The translations under genes were made by a program, and so were the position numbers. From Phoronis australis (lineage: Eukaryota > Animalia > Phoronida), in assembly GCA_002633005.1 (NCBI GenBank), contig NMRA01000005.1, forward strand, positions 2,188,088-2,252,087: a stretch of 64,000 nucleotides of DNA, given 5' to 3'. Positions 36,901 through 50,301 of this stretch are shown in pieces. Below the pieces are notes generated by a model that was given only the letters and a program-made list of their open reading frames with translations, ran no database searches and was not told the origin of the DNA. Every line of letters starts with the position of its first letter. Position 1 is the stretch's first letter.

Positions 36901-39900
36901 CATTTCACTTTTAGCCTACGTTTGACTCGATCAAAATAAAAACACGTCGCATCAGTAATAACGTTTTAATTATGTACAACGGGGTAATTTGGAATAAAAG
37001 TGACATGTCAGTACATTGGAACAATTTCCATCTTGAGGTTAACCACCACAACACTAAGACAGATATCAAAAAACTTCAAATTTAGCCATTTTAAGATAGA
37101 CCCAATTAATCTCCAGGTTTTCATCTCTCTGCAGGTTCTTTATTCGGGGCTTTGTCATTCGGACATTCACCATCAAGATGGCTTCTTTTTATTGGGAGAG
37201 GAAGAAAAGATCCACTTTTCCTCTATTCCTGGCGTGTCTTGGCCGTTGCTTTTTGGTGAGTGGCGTAGTAAAGGGGAGACGGGGATAGAGAGAGCAGGAG
37301 GAGGGAGAGGGAAAGAAGAAGAAATTGGGCGGAAGACAAATAGAGAAATGGAGAGGGAGAGACGGAGAAAGAAAGCCAAAAGGGAAGCGGCGGAGAAAAA
37401 ACGGGAGGGAGGNNNNNNNNNNNNNNNNNNNNNNNNNNNNNNNNNNNNNNNNNNNNNNNNNNNNNNNNNNNNNNNNNNNNNNNNNNNNNNNNNNNNNNNN
37501 NNNNNNNNNNNNNNNNNNNNNNNNNNNNNNNNNNNNNNNNNNNNNNNNNNNNNNNNNNNNNNNNNNNNNNNNNNNNNNNNNNNNNNNNNNNNNNNNNNNN
37601 NNNNNNNNNNNNNNNNNNNNNNNNNNNNNNNNNNNNNNNNNNNNNNNNNNNNNNNNNNNNNNNNTCTTAACGAATTCCTCCTAAGCAACGTTAGCAAATT
37701 TTTATATACCGTTTATCAATATTGTTGCATCTGATTTCCCTACATGAATCTGTAAATATTTTTGTTTTTATATATCTGTAATAGCATGTCTAAGTATTGG
37801 AATACTTATTTTAGATACTACTTAATTGTATATATCTCTATGTATATAAGTTTCATTTATGAATTGTTTACAACCCAGATATAATGCTTCGCGGTTTCTG
37901 GGTTTGTTATTATTTCTTTGTATGTTCTGTGTATCCTTCAATAAATATATATCACAGTGAAAAAAATCATATGGGTTTAGATGTGGTTTCAAGAAATTCT
38001 ATTCCCACGTAATATGAAATGTGCACAAAAAATGTACTTAAATTTACACTTCTGTTCGTTCAGGACATGAAACTGCAGGCATCGTTCATTCCATTGGAGA
38101 AGATGTCAAAGATTCTGGTAATTTTTCCTAGTATAAATTACACGTGATGCTGTTCACAAACGTGTGCAAGGATTGCATTGGTATTGTTTATCGCGTTTGT
38201 ATTTTGCTGCTTTTCTCGCTAGCCGAGGCTATAAGTCATAGCGCGAGAAAGTCAGACCAAAATGGGAATATGACAAACCACAGATATTTTACACTTAGCT
38301 AGTTTTCATGCTTTGAAAGACTGGTGAGCAACCACAGTAGTTTCTGTTGAAAATCGACGTTACTTCTTGGAAATTTGGTGTATAAGATACGTCAGGTGAC
38401 ATAAACGATTCTCACGATATTTTAAAACTGAAATAACGAAATCGCTGAGAAAACACAAATCTTTAATTGCATCTTACAAATACAAATATACACGATCTTT
38501 GTGCCCGCGTGAAGCAACATTTCTTAGGCGTTTAACAGAAATTTGTTGACTTTTCAAACATGTGGCAAAGCTCACGAAAAGAATTTTTGATTAGGAGATT
38601 AAGCTGTTAGTTCAACGGTAGACGGTTGGTCCGTCCTGTCGAGTTTGTTGCATAAAATATATTAACTTATTACTAATGAAGACGAAAACGACAAACAGAA
38701 CTGATTTCTGGCTACAGCTTTATCTGAACTCCTTAGGTCTGTCAGTGGGTGATCGCGTGGTAGTCTATCCGTGGGTGTCGTGCATGCAGTGTGAAGAATG
38801 CCTCTCTGACAATGCAATCCTGTGCAGCAGTCTGATGTTGTTCCTTGGCGGTAAACTACCCGGAGGGTACGTATTACTACAGTGTACATGCACTAGTCGA
38901 GAACTAATGTGTTGTTGCCGGCGGGGGCGGCTCTTCCTAACCAAAAACTACGTATTTAAAGTAAACTATACCATGCATCAGGCTACAACAGCCGTGATTG
39001 CGTAATCATGACGTCACTTCTCCAGTGTGATAAGTTTAGTGCTGGCCGGAATATTGTTCGCGAAGTCTCCTTCACGTACATACATGTTTCACTGAGTATG
39101 GATAGAATGAGGAAGACCAACAGAATAAAGTAATCGCTCTTATTACTGATATTTTTAAGCATCTATAAATCCTCATTTTTCTTGAGACCACGTACCGTTA
39201 TGAACATTGGTCTCAAATGAGGCTTGGTTAAATCTTAGGTGATTTCAGAGTTTCGTAAAGTTTCGTTATTCCGTGAGACCATGTTCGTGGCACCCCTAGA
39301 CAAGCTAACTTGTAACGGTTTAGTCTCTTCTTTACAATCCTAGAAATCACTTTGCATTTGAGTAGAGAGCAATTTTGAGACTCATGTCTAATCACATCAA
39401 ATTACGAGGCAAGACCCTCAGACGTTGCTCAGCACAAGAGGGTGCACGCAGTCTGTGATAATTTACGTTCTTCGGATTGTTGAAGCTCCCACGGTGAAGT
39501 TTTAGTCCCGCTTTGTTCTTCTGATGTGTTCTGGATATTGTAGGTTTGCAACTCACATGTCTGTACCTCTGGCTAAATTTGCTGTTAAAGTTCCGGTCGA
39601 GTTACCGTTAGATGTCGCTGCCCTATTAGCGTGCAGTGGTCTGACCGCCTACAGCGCTGTCAATGCTGCAAGGCCCGTTATCGAGTACTTCAGTGGCTAC
39701 CGCAGTGAGTATAAAGAAGAACCACGTCAAGAATGCAACTCTCCTCTTTTGCGAAAGTTGAAAAACGCAGTGTATGATTGGCCTAGTTCTTAAAAGGTTA
39801 GGCTAATAGCACGCTTTGCGTGAGTCGGAAACCCATGCAGCAATGGGCTGTACATGGTCTACCTCTGTAATGTTAAGTTTTTTGTGTCATCTGCGCAATT

Positions 39901-42900
39901 TGCTCAACAAAGATATTATAATGACGAAAGTCAAATTAATTGTGATATAGGTTTGGCATGCCATCCCGTAGGAATGAAAATGTGTCCTAGTGTGCAACAT
40001 TATGAATAAATACCCGTAGAATTGGTGCAGTGTTGTGGTACTTCGGGATGCGACTATTATCCACAAGAAGGTCAATGGAGTACAGCAAAAACAAGCCTGG
40101 CAGATTATTCGAAATGATAACCGTGCAGTTGATCGCCCTGGTCATCTTCACTGGTAACTAACCAACCAATGATGCACCTCCCGCGATTTCACACACATGC
40201 TCAATGACCAAGTCAGATAGGTCAAAGTACATATATCGGAGTTCACGTCAGCAGCCGCGGACAACCAATTTATTCTTGATTTACAATGGAGTATCTAATC
40301 ACGCACTTAACTCAAAAAGGCATGGCAACTCATGAGAGTACACGAGTTAGCGTGTAAATGTGAGCAGTGCCTACTTTACCTCCAGGTAGCGTGACTCTCC
40401 TCATAGTTGGAGCTGGAGGTCTGGGATGCTGGGCAATAAAGTTAGCAAAAGTCTTGCTGCCAAGCACAACAAAAGTGGTCGTGGCTGACATAACGGTAAT
40501 GATTCGATTGACTAATCGTTGTGCGGTTGCGTTCACTAAATTGAACATGAGGTATTCAGGCACGAGTTTACGTTTAGTGACGTTAGAGACTGAAACGAGG
40601 CTGTCTTAAACTCACACTTGCTAGTGACCGAATTGGTGCTATTTCTGAAGGATGGACGCGCAACCGGGATTGGCGTAGTAAGTTAGGAATTAAACGACGA
40701 AGCCTTTGCTTGAATACAGTTAGCACAAGACAACCAGTTTACATCCTGAAAACAATAACTTGAACAAATTTCAGTAGCATACAGTCACCAATACAATCTG
40801 GTAGAGAAAAATGTCGTCTCAGGGGCTTAAAAGTGAAAGAATTGTTTGGAGAACTTGGATTTCAAGACGTATGAAGATGATTTTAGACAAAATGAGCTTT
40901 TTAGGCGAGGTCAGAAAGCAGGTAACTTTTATGTCTGAGAATGATTTTTGACAATCTTGTTGATTACGGTAAACGTATTTAGAAATAATAAAAAAGAGTT
41001 ATGTTTATAAAGTTACCTCGACAAAGTTAGAATTAGAAATTATAGAATTGCTCAGACGAAACTAAGAATTTCAGCTCATAGTCTTAACATTGAAAAGGTG
41101 CGTGAATGTGATGTTCCAAAAGATCATACGTACTGCGAGTTATGTTTATCTGGAGAAATTGAAACAGAATGTCACTTTCTTATTGAGTGTCTTTTGTATA
41201 CAAGCCTTAGAGAGAAATGTTTGATAGATGCTTCAGTTGATTACCTTGATGCAGTAGATTTAGATAATGGTACGAGTGAGGAGGATGTTGAAAATTTGGC
41301 CAAATACGTGTTTCTAGCTTTCAAGATACGACAGCAAAACCTGTAAGAATTTCAAATGCATTGTCATGTATGTGTGATCAATGAGCCTGTGCCCATATCA
41401 TTAATACAGAAAATATCTATCGAAGAAATAACTTGAAATTTGCATTTGCAGGAAGAAAAATTGCAAATAGCCAAGGAAGCGGGGGCAGACGATACCATCA
41501 TCTGGAGCGTTTCCGGTAAGTGTAATGAATGTGAGTAGGGATGCACTTACTAAATGGGGGCGTTGCCTTCTGAAGATGTTTGTGGTCAATTTGGCATATT
41601 TACTTACCATGGTAAACATTTGGAACTTTTTCGATCAAATGTAATCAAAAGAACATTTTTTTCAAGCCGCCAGTGTGAAGAGGTTCACAAAATGTCAGTC
41701 GAATAATCTTTATTCCCTAGCGTTTTTGTTTTGAAAATTTTGAAGTGTTCTCAATGTCTGATACGCCTGTTGATTTGTCTGCTCCACTCTTGATACAGAG
41801 TGCATGTGAGCGATGACGCCTGAAACAGACAAAACTTAATTGTGCCAAAAATTATTCAGTGAATGACAACCTTGTTCATTCCATTCAGCATTGTTATAAA
41901 TGATATGATTGTAATCATTCTAGATTTACTTGGCACAACAAAATTGAGAGAGTAAAAAGAAATATAAAAACTCATGGATGAATAAACTACTTATCGCGAA
42001 ATCAAAAATTGCTTAAACTTGAAACGCGGTTTTTAAAATAAGATATTGTTAATTTTAAAAATGATTACATTCAAAACCAATTCTTTTGGAAGGTTACAAA
42101 CGCGTGGTCCTTATATTGTTATATCATTCCAGATTTCTTTAACGTTATCATCAAGAACCGGGTTTTACGTTAATTTCTATGGTTTTGCTTTCTTGGAACA
42201 TGGAATCTGGAACCTCAAACATGATTAACTCAGGCTACAGACGTCTCATTCATTCACTGTTGAACATGGACGATAACTTTAGTTCCAGTTTCATAGTTTC
42301 GTTCTTGACACTGTTGCTAAACCAGATAGTTTAGTTACGAAGAGAGGAAATGTACGGCTACCTCTATGGGAACGTATGTAACTGTTGTGCACTATAGGTT
42401 GTAGATTTCATGTTGGGGTGAACTATAACTTGGAATCTGGACCCATGTTCGAGGCTTCAGGTTCCAGGAATAAAAAGAATGAAGCATAGAAATTACATTT
42501 AAGAGCATGTTTCCAGACGTTAAAGCCACTTAAATTTGGTCCGATGAAATAACAATACATGAACCAAATAGGAAACTAGAGGATTCACTGTCGCACAGTG
42601 CCTTTTCATTTACTCAAGGTCGTGGGTTCGAGTCCCACTGAAGCACAGTGCTAGACTCTTGAGTCAGGTCTCTAGCTCAGTGCACTGGGCTCACCTGAGT
42701 GGCGTGTGCTCGCCTGGTACGATGTGTACCAGACCGCCTGCAGTTATCTTTTTATACAAGTAGGAAACTAACATGTTAAACTGGATTCTGTTACAAGTGA
42801 AATGTTTTATGATGTAACACTTGTAGACTAGCACTCATCGGTGCACCTGCTGTCGTATGTAGTTGTGGTGGAACGATGCATAAGTCGCCTATATTAGCAA

Positions 42901-44352
42901 AACTTGTTTTCATGCATCACACGCTTGAAGCAACACATTCCGTGATCATCCCATGAGAATTTTCACTACTAATTATCACGGTTTACATTATATGCCAGAG
43001 GACAATAACGCGTTGATTAAGAGAACAAACACCCAGATTGGTGGCGTGGATGTGGCCATAGATTTCGTTGGAAATGGGACATGCAGTACCAGATGCCTGG
43101 GTGTTCTAAAGAAGGTATGTTTTTTAAATCCATCAGCTTTACCGCAACATGTCATTGCTTTGCTTAAAACGGCTATAAATCTGCATTCCGCCCAAAAAGC
43201 GAACTTATGCCTCAGACACCTTACCACTATAAAATTGGTCTCGACAATTTCCTTCCTTAAGTAATTTTTTGGGTTTGCAAACCACTGACAATTCGTTATT
43301 CCTCGAAACTATTGTGATTTGTAATAAAATTACAAAAGCTCTACAGAGTTTATACTTTGGTCAAAGTTAATAACTTCAGAAAAGTCTATCTATCCATCAT
43401 AAATTTTAACCATATATCAATAAAGCATAAAAATATTTCCAGGTTATCAGTGCAATGGGCCTGCGCACGTCTGATACAACGTGTATCAGATCGCCTGCAA
43501 TTATTTTATTTTTTATATTATCATAAATCCCAAAATGCGTTTGCTTTTCAGCCGTAAAAGCAATTTTAATGCACCCAGGGGCGCTCGAACGACTAGCCCC
43601 GTCATTTTGCGAAGTGGATAAAAAGGTCCGCCTCATAGAAACAAAAACTCGTCTACTTTCAGGGTGGTAGTCTGGTAACTATTGGATTTTTTGGAGGAAG
43701 TTTCAAGGTACAGTGCCCCCCATTGGTATTCAACAACATAACTATTGTTGGCAGGACTACAGGATCATTGGCCGATTTTAAGAATGTAATAGAGATTGTG
43801 ATAAAACACAAGGTAAGCTTACGTGTGTTTTTACTTACCATTCAATAGCTTACTTTAATATGGATGTTTACGGACACGGTGTAAAAATATTAATAAAAAA
43901 ACTTTTTTCTAGCAATACATTCGCTACAATTTTGCTTTCAAATCAATGTGAAATAAAATTTTGCAGGTGTGCGAATGGGCAAAATGATCGATCTCTCATC
44001 GGATCAGGCAAAGTATGGGTAATTAACACCTTTCGTGTAATTAGGTAGCTAAGTATGATTGGTGCAAAGAGATGAGGTGTCATGGTAGCCGCAATGCTCA
44101 CTTCAGTGTATACTATAGGACTTTCTTCCACCTTTTTCCAAGCCTTCAGACGCAGATTGAACTGTAATTTAGATGTATTCATTTCGAATATTCGTTGTAC
44201 TGAGCTCTATGATTTGTAAAGCATTTTACGTCTTCATTCAGATTCAACCAGTCCCGATTTCTCATCACTGTCTGGACGAGATCAACAGCTTGATGACAAT
44301 GCTCCGTGCTGGAAATATAAAAGGACGCGCCGTTTTGACGTTTCCCGAATAA
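33814..44352 (+). CDS. Zinc-dependent alcohol dehydrogenase (MDR family), 370 aa; exons 33814-33909, 37135-37255, 38064-38117, 38737-38866, 39544-39704, 40386-40495, 41452-41515, 42999-43114, 43663-43812, 44242-44352
   Basis: Ten GT-AG exons total 1113 nt in one frame. Catalytic Zn motifs GLCHSD, GHETAG and LACSGLTAY; GDRV; structural Zn CMQCEEC-x7-C; Rossmann GAGGLG with Asp in VADI (suggests NAD preference); C-terminal IKGRAVL; AATAAA at 44484. Confidence 0.93.
37135..37255 (+). CDS. ADH exon 2
   Basis: VLYSGLCHSDIHH...WPLLF, donor gtgagt. Confidence 0.9.
37665..37935 (+). mobile_element. Possible LINE 3' tail adjoining the gap in ADH intron 2
   Basis: LNEFLLSNVSKFLYTVYQ-like ORF end, AT-rich UTR, AATAAA followed by a (TA)n tail. 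Confidence 0.3.
38064..38117 (+). CDS. ADH exon 3
   Basis: GHETAGIVHSIGEDVKDS, donor gtaatt. Confidence 0.9.
38737..38866 (+). CDS. ADH exon 4
   Basis: LSVGDRVVVYPWVSCMQCEECLSDNAILC..., donor gtacgt. Confidence 0.9.
39544..39704 (+). CDS. ADH exon 5
   Basis: FATHMSVP...AALLACSGLTAYSAV..., donor gtgagt. Confidence 0.9.
40386..40495 (+). CDS. ADH exon 6
   Basis: LLIVGAGGLGCWAIKLAK...VVVADIT, donor gtaatg. Confidence 0.9.
40800..41405 (+). mobile_element. 3' fragment of a non-LTR retrotransposon (LINE ORF2 C-terminus) in ADH intron 6
   Basis: From 41011: SYLDKVRIRNYRIAQTKLRISAHSLNIEK...CELC...IETECHFLIECLLYTSLR, the CCHC-type tail of LINE ORF2; degenerate VKELFGELGFQDV upstream. Confidence 0.8.
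41452..41515 (+). CDS. ADH exon 7
   Basis: EEKLQIAKEAGADDTIIWSVS, donor gtaagt. Confidence 0.9.
42615..42720 (+). mobile_element. tRNA-derived SINE fragment in ADH intron 7
   Basis: AAGGTCGTGGGTTCGAGTCCCAC, an intact T arm/B box without the 5' half of a tRNA. Confidence 0.55.
42999..43114 (+). CDS. ADH exon 8
   Basis: ...GGVDVAIDFVGNGTCSTRCLGVLKK, donor gtatgt. Confidence 0.9.
43663..43812 (+). CDS. ADH exon 9
   Basis: GGSLVTIGFFGG...ITIVGRTTGSLADF..., donor gtaagc. Confidence 0.9.
44242..44352 (+). CDS. ADH exon 10 (stop)
   Basis: IQPVPISHHCLDEINSLMTMLRAGNIKGRAVLTFPE*. Confidence 0.9.
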   Translation: MQPVPISHHCLDEINSLMTMLRAGNIKGRAVLTFPE

Positions 44353-44483
44353 CAGAAGAACCTCGTGCACTGCCACGTCAAGTGAAACGGATTTTCATCT
44401 CGTTTCTCAGAAGTTTTTGTCATTATTACGTAGTTGACGCAGTCGTGGCTTAGTTTTTCGATTGTACATTACGGCATGCTTTT

Positions 44484-44489
44484 AATAAA
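44484..44489 (+). promoter_or_regulatory. Candidate polyadenylation signal of the ADH gene
   Basis: First AATAAA about 130 nt after the stop codon. Confidence 0.45.
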
Positions 44490-47226
44490 AAAAATCTCAT
44501 GACGCTGTTACGTTCCCGCGCTGAATAGCTTAATGACCCGCACAAGATCTACACTCTAATTATTGCCCATTTAACAGCAAATGTATCCATGTTCCCTTAA
44601 TAGCGAGTCATGCCACCTGTACTTGGCTGATGCGCGTTTTGTTTTGTAGTTCAATTCGAAATTGAATTCGCACAATATTTTATACGGAAACTACCCTTAA
44701 GGTTATCTCAAGCCGTATTTAGTGGTTTCCATTGTTACTGGTATACCAAAAAACAAGGCTTTGTCAGCTAGTAAATGTATATATTTTCTGAAAGAAAAAA
44801 GATAAGGTAATAAAAATATGCTTTATATTTTCGTGTTATTATTATTACCTTAACGCATTTTGAAGTCATTACCCCATGTTTAAGAAAAGTATATTCATTG
44901 CAAAATAACCTCTCGTTTTTTTAATGAAACTTCACCTTTTACCTGAAAAACCATAATAAGAATTTTTGATAAGCATTTTGTTTGATTTCTATGACAAATC
45001 AACTTGCAAAACGTAAGGTATTTTGTAAAAAATCGAAGACGTATTCCTCTTTGTTACATTATGCAAAAATTAGGCCCTTACATCGAAAATGTTAACAGTG
45101 TTTTAGAGATGGATGAATAAATATCATGTTTGGAAAATTTCAGCGAAATTCACCGAACCCTTTCGAGAACTCGTGTTCCTAAGTCAAGTTAAGTCGATTT
45201 GCCGAACTTGAGAAAAGGCCGGTTATGTGGGAGACGTGAAAATCTCAAGGATTCGGCAAATTATTCGGTGAAAACTTTTTCTTGGTCAATATAACCTATA
45301 CAACGCTTAGTCAGCCAACTTGGTCATGCAGGCGGACCCAACTTATTAAGTGTTGCACTTTAAAGAAGGTTGACAGTTCATTTTTAGACACACCAGGTGC
45401 TGGGAGAAAAAAGTACGAAATTGATACAGAAATCGGGTTGGTGGTTAAAGCACGTCGTGAGCATGAGATCGATACTGCGAAATGCCAAATTACCCGAATC
45501 AAATAATTTGGGTAAGGATTTATTTCTTTTCATAACTTGATGTGTTCGTGTACACAGTCACATAGGCGTGAGGCGATTCGTAGCATTCGTCTCAACAGTC
45601 GTATGCATGCAAACACACAACTCTCTCAGGACCAAAGCTACGTTTTGTCTTCGTTTTCCTCGGCATCTTTCTATCATATGTACATGTCGTTGACGCAATA
45701 TTATGTCGACTCCGCTTCGAATGATTGGTCTGATGGTACATACGGAGCTGCTCTATGCCTGACAGGAGATTCGATTTGAGTGACAGCCCCGTAACATTTG
45801 ACCTTGGATACATAGTACACAAATTTTCACGCGGTTGTTCGGTCTTTTTTTCTCGCCGCACGGTATGAACTGCGTATTTGAAGTTCACTAAGAATGATGA
45901 TAAGGTATTTTGCTAGACACATATGAAATATTGTAAAAATGGCCGATTTTGTCAATAAGGTTTGAGGTATCCTTAACTTCGCATACGGCAAAACTAAAAA
46001 GGAAAAATGCCAGAAGTAAGTTGACAACACTAAAATCCCTACACGCAGTTTAGTACCTGTGTACACCTGCATGAATAATTAGTGATGTTAGCTACGGTTG
46101 CAGGCAGGCGTCTCACATAGGTGACTGCTATTGGCGAGACAGCATGTATACCGAATCTAGTTGAGGGTCAACTAGAAGATGGTACTCAATAATTTTTTAG
46201 TTATAGTTGAAGTTGCAAAGAATTGGCAATTGCTGGATTGGTTGGACATTTTTAAAAAGTTTTGTACCTTTCGGGCATTTTGGATTTGCAAGAATTTGGT
46301 TGGTCAACACCTACTATTCGCCTGATTTCTGTAACCTGGCGAGTTTTAGCAGACTGCTGATGCAGAGCGTAGTAATCGCGTGCAAATGCTGGCTTTGGGG
46401 TGAAAACTGATAATTTGGTGTATTTTAACGTTATTATTTGCCGACTGTACTTCCGGTAGTCATAGAAGATGGAAAATTGGCATTCGAATAAATTTTAATG
46501 ACTTAGTGTAAGGTTTTCAAAGTCTTTGCCACCATATACACCTCGTATTTTTAGATATACAAGATGGAAAATGTGATATTTGAATCGGATTTTATAGACT
46601 TTTTGTCAAGTTTTTGAAGTCTTTCGCCCAGTATACTGTTTATATTTTTAGGTTTTGTACACCTTGTGGAACAGATTGTTGAAGCTATCAAGCCCAAATG
46701 AGCACAAACTGTAAAGTGTAAACTACCGGAAAGCTACTTACCAGCTCCTAAATCAGAACCAGTAACGCTGTTGGCGGATGAATGTGTAATGATTCCTGCT
46801 TATAGTCTCAAAAGCGTGCGATGTTGCCTTGCAAGAGCTTAGCCTAAAGTGAGGTATTTTCAAAATTGTGTAGTCCGATTCGTGCAAACATCAAATAAAT
46901 TAGAATGATATCTGCTCACATCTGTCATAATATAGCATAGCTCATAGATAAGACTAAACGCTCACTGGTCCGGCTATCGTAGATAGCTTCATTCCGAAGT
47001 TTCAATTTAATTAACAGTGCATATTGTGGCTTGGTACGTTTTTTATGAATGACTCTCCAAATAATGATGGAGCTTTTATCGACCGGCAAATTGCAGATCG
47101 TAACTTGTCTTGTAAAGATGGCGAAACCTTTTTCGGAGAAGAGAAAGAGGGAAAGGCTTTTACCTCAAAATAAAGTCTAAAATGAACTTTGGTAACGTTG
47201 TACAGAAGATGATTTTGAGATTTTGA

Positions 47227-47290
47227 CCGGTGCTACTTTTCAGTTTGCGAATAACTTTTAAGTTGCTTACAAACTGAAAAGTAGCACCGG
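47227..47290. repeat. 64-bp hairpin with perfect 21-bp arms
   Basis: CCGGTGCTACTTTTCAGTTTG-n22-CAAACTGAAAAGTAGCACCGG. Confidence 0.95.
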
Positions 47291-47324
47291 ATACCAAACG
47301 TGGTTTTAACCTACAAACAGATAT

Positions 47325-47652
47325 TAAAAATGACTTCACTATCCAGTTGTCTAAAACAAAAATAATACTCTGTAACCCTCGACAATTCTAAAAAATTTGG
47401 AGGAAACTGTCAATTCCTTTTAAAGTCTACAAAAGGGGCAAGTGTGGTCCACACTTTAAGTGAAATACACGGAAACTGTGGGAAAAGACCACCCACCAAG
47501 GACCATAATGTCCAATTTTTGAAATGTCTAATACGAGATTTTAGCAGATTCCTGCTTTTAACTTTCAAGATTGACGCCAATGACGCATTAGCAGATGACA
47601 GAACGAGCATTGGTTGAAATCATCATCAAAACAGGGTTAAGTATCCTCTTAA
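47325..47652 (+). repeat. Interspersed repeat family, copy 2 (ends CCTCTTAA; probable TTAA-type transposon end)
   Basis: Diverged match to 50001-50301. Confidence 0.75.
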
Positions 47653-48579
47653 ATAGTCAAACATTTGAACGTAAGACAATTGAATTTTTATAAGAAGAAC
47701 CACAATGTAAATAAAAAACAAATAAGTTAAAAACGGTTTTACGCTCTGAGTGGTATACGTTTTCAAGGACAACACAGCTGGCATTCAGCAATTGTTCTTG
47801 AACTGATGTACTCAAGTTACGGAAATAGACAAGAATAGTCGATTGTTTGATTTCGGCTTAGCTATGAAATTGTGTTTAAAAACCTTTTGGTTTGATAACA
47901 GAAAAGAAGATCACATTATAACATGAAAAGTAGTACTTAATTTGGTATATATGTGTCCGAGTGTTTGTTTTCTGGTCCGTGTCGGAATTCCAATACGGCC
48001 GGCCCATATCGGAATATAGTTTAGAATTGAGTTTAGAAAGATAAATCGAATACAAATCTTTATAATTCGGTACGTTTTCATGAAACCTAGGCTTCGTTTT
48101 ATAGTTTTAATATAATAGAGATACCCACAACGTCGTGTCGCTATTAAATCTTGAATCTTTATGGAAGGTTGATCGAGTCTAAAATGGCAGTGACTACGAG
48201 TTGCAGGAATTCAAGGCGGAATATTTTGAAAGTGTAGCTCCTTTCGATGAATTTGAATATTGCTTAATACAAAAAATCAAGTTAATACAAGTTCTATGTT
48301 TTCACGTATTTTGTACCAAATTAATCGGCCTATCGTCGCCGATTCCAATAGGGGACACACACCCGAGATCGGTCCGTATCGGAATCGCGCAGCATTCACA
48401 CCTTCGGCTTCAAAAAGACACGAATGCAATGTTCTCAACATCAATATTTTTGTATCAGGCAAACTACACTTTATCATAAAGATTGTGAAATTGACAAAGT
48501 TCGGAAGAAGTGTTATGCTTTATATAATAAGTAAAGGTAAAGACTTTATTGTGATTGATCAAGCCTCCTGCCCACAACT

Positions 48580-48618
48580 ACACGCACGCACGCACGCACA
48601 CACACATACATATATATA
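48580..48618. repeat. (CACG)n/(CA)n/(TA)n microsatellite
   Basis: Direct reading. Confidence 0.85.
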
Positions 48619-50000
48619 CAAAGTCAACAGGTGCTCACTGAATTTAGACACCTCTGACTAACATAGCTTTTAATAGAAAGTTTGCAAAATTTTTCAAAAG
48701 CTGAAAAGACTTGGTTTTGAAGAATTTAAGTTCGTGGCAAGACTTCAACGGATTTTAAGCACAAGAGAAGTATTTATCATCAATTTCCAGACGTTTTGAT
48801 TTTTGATACTATTAACTGTTTTGAACATATATTTATTGATAGCCAGAAAATGCGCTTTTATGTTATAACCCAATGCTAAAATAGTATGGTGCTTTGAGCA
48901 CCGGAGACATCGACTATCAAAAATAAAAACTGGCGATGATTTAGAATGGTACTTTGTTGTCTAATATCTCTTTTGTTATACTGAAAGTAAAAAAATCTGA
49001 GACAGAATTCCCTGTGTATTGAGAGTAAATACAAAGAATTTGAAAACAAATTTCAACTGCAGTTTACTTTTTTTAGAAGTTCGATCCTGTTCAAAGTCAA
49101 AAGTTACATCTCAGATTTGGTGGTCACGTGATTATAAACAAGCGCACACAGTGTTACAAATGTTTTATAACTATCAACAGGCTAAAATTGAGTTCGGTAT
49201 TTCTTCAAGGCATTTCACAAAAGGTGCGCTTTGTTTGTTACCATCACGTTATTTATGTAGTAACTCTGATAAAAAATCAACACATACATCTCATTCAAAG
49301 CGTATCGTGTTTTTGTACGACTTATATACATATGGGTGCAACCAATGCAAGGTAGCAATAAACCCACAACTTATGTTAAAACTGAGTACCTACGCCTGAC
49401 CTACTAATATAAAATTTGTTTCGTTTTGTTCCTCCGATTATCGTTGATTTTGACCAGAACGCTTTAGTTCAGTCGCCTAGGCAATTTATTGTAAGCAGTT
49501 TCAGTTCAAGCAAAAGCTAAGATTCAATGAGGTCGTGTGGAAACAACAAATTCGGCTACGAAAAGTTCATGATTTTAACACCAGAATTTAAACTGAGGTT
49601 GAATTGTAATATCGCAACTCAACGAAAATGAACCTCGACTGAAAAGTTTTAAACTAAGGTATTCTACCAGTGACTTTGTACACAAAGGAGAGTATAGATG
49701 TGACGTAGTTTTAGCAGAAAAGAAAACTAAACCAACATCACGAATATCAATGCGAACTTTTTATTTCTTAGTACAGTATAAAAATTCGATTTGGATTTTG
49801 ACTTGCATCAAGAACCTAGCGCCCACTAAGTTCCTTCATGATAACCAGACTTGTTGGGCAACAAGCCCCAATGTCGAAAAACCCATTCATTAATTGAACT
49901 TTTCAAAACTATGCTTATAGCTGGACTAGGGACAAAGACTTTAAAAAACTAAGCCTTTCTTAGAAGAATACTAAGCCCAGTTTTGGACTTCCAAAATATA

Positions 50001-50301
50001 GTAAAAGTGACTTTCTCATCCAATTCTGCGACGAAATAATGCTCTGTAACCCTTGACAGCTCTCAAAACTTGAAAAATTGAAAAATTCTTTCATCGTCTG
50101 CTAATCGGGCAAGCGCGACTTAAGCAACTGTGGGAAAAGGCCACCGACCTGAGACCATAATGTCTTAATTTTTGAGATAGGAGTATAAGCTTTTGGTTGA
50201 TTAATGCTTTTGTCTTTCGACAATGACGTCATTGGTGCATTAGTAGTTGACAAAACGAGGATTGCATGAAATTATAAAATCAAGGTTTAGTGTCCTTTTA
50301 A
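50001..50301 (+). repeat. Interspersed repeat family, copy 3 (ends CCTTTTAA)
   Basis: Diverged match to 47325-47652. Confidence 0.75.

Noticed and set aside
37000-37734. 244-aa ORF and overlapping ORFs
   Set aside because: Only 37135-37255 is a real ADH exon; the rest is purine-rich intron and N gap
550-44352. Dioxygenase, mannosidase and ADH as a metabolic gene cluster
   Set aside because: No shared pathway is evident, compartments differ (Golgi lumen versus probably cytosol), and adjacency alone is not evidence in an animal genome
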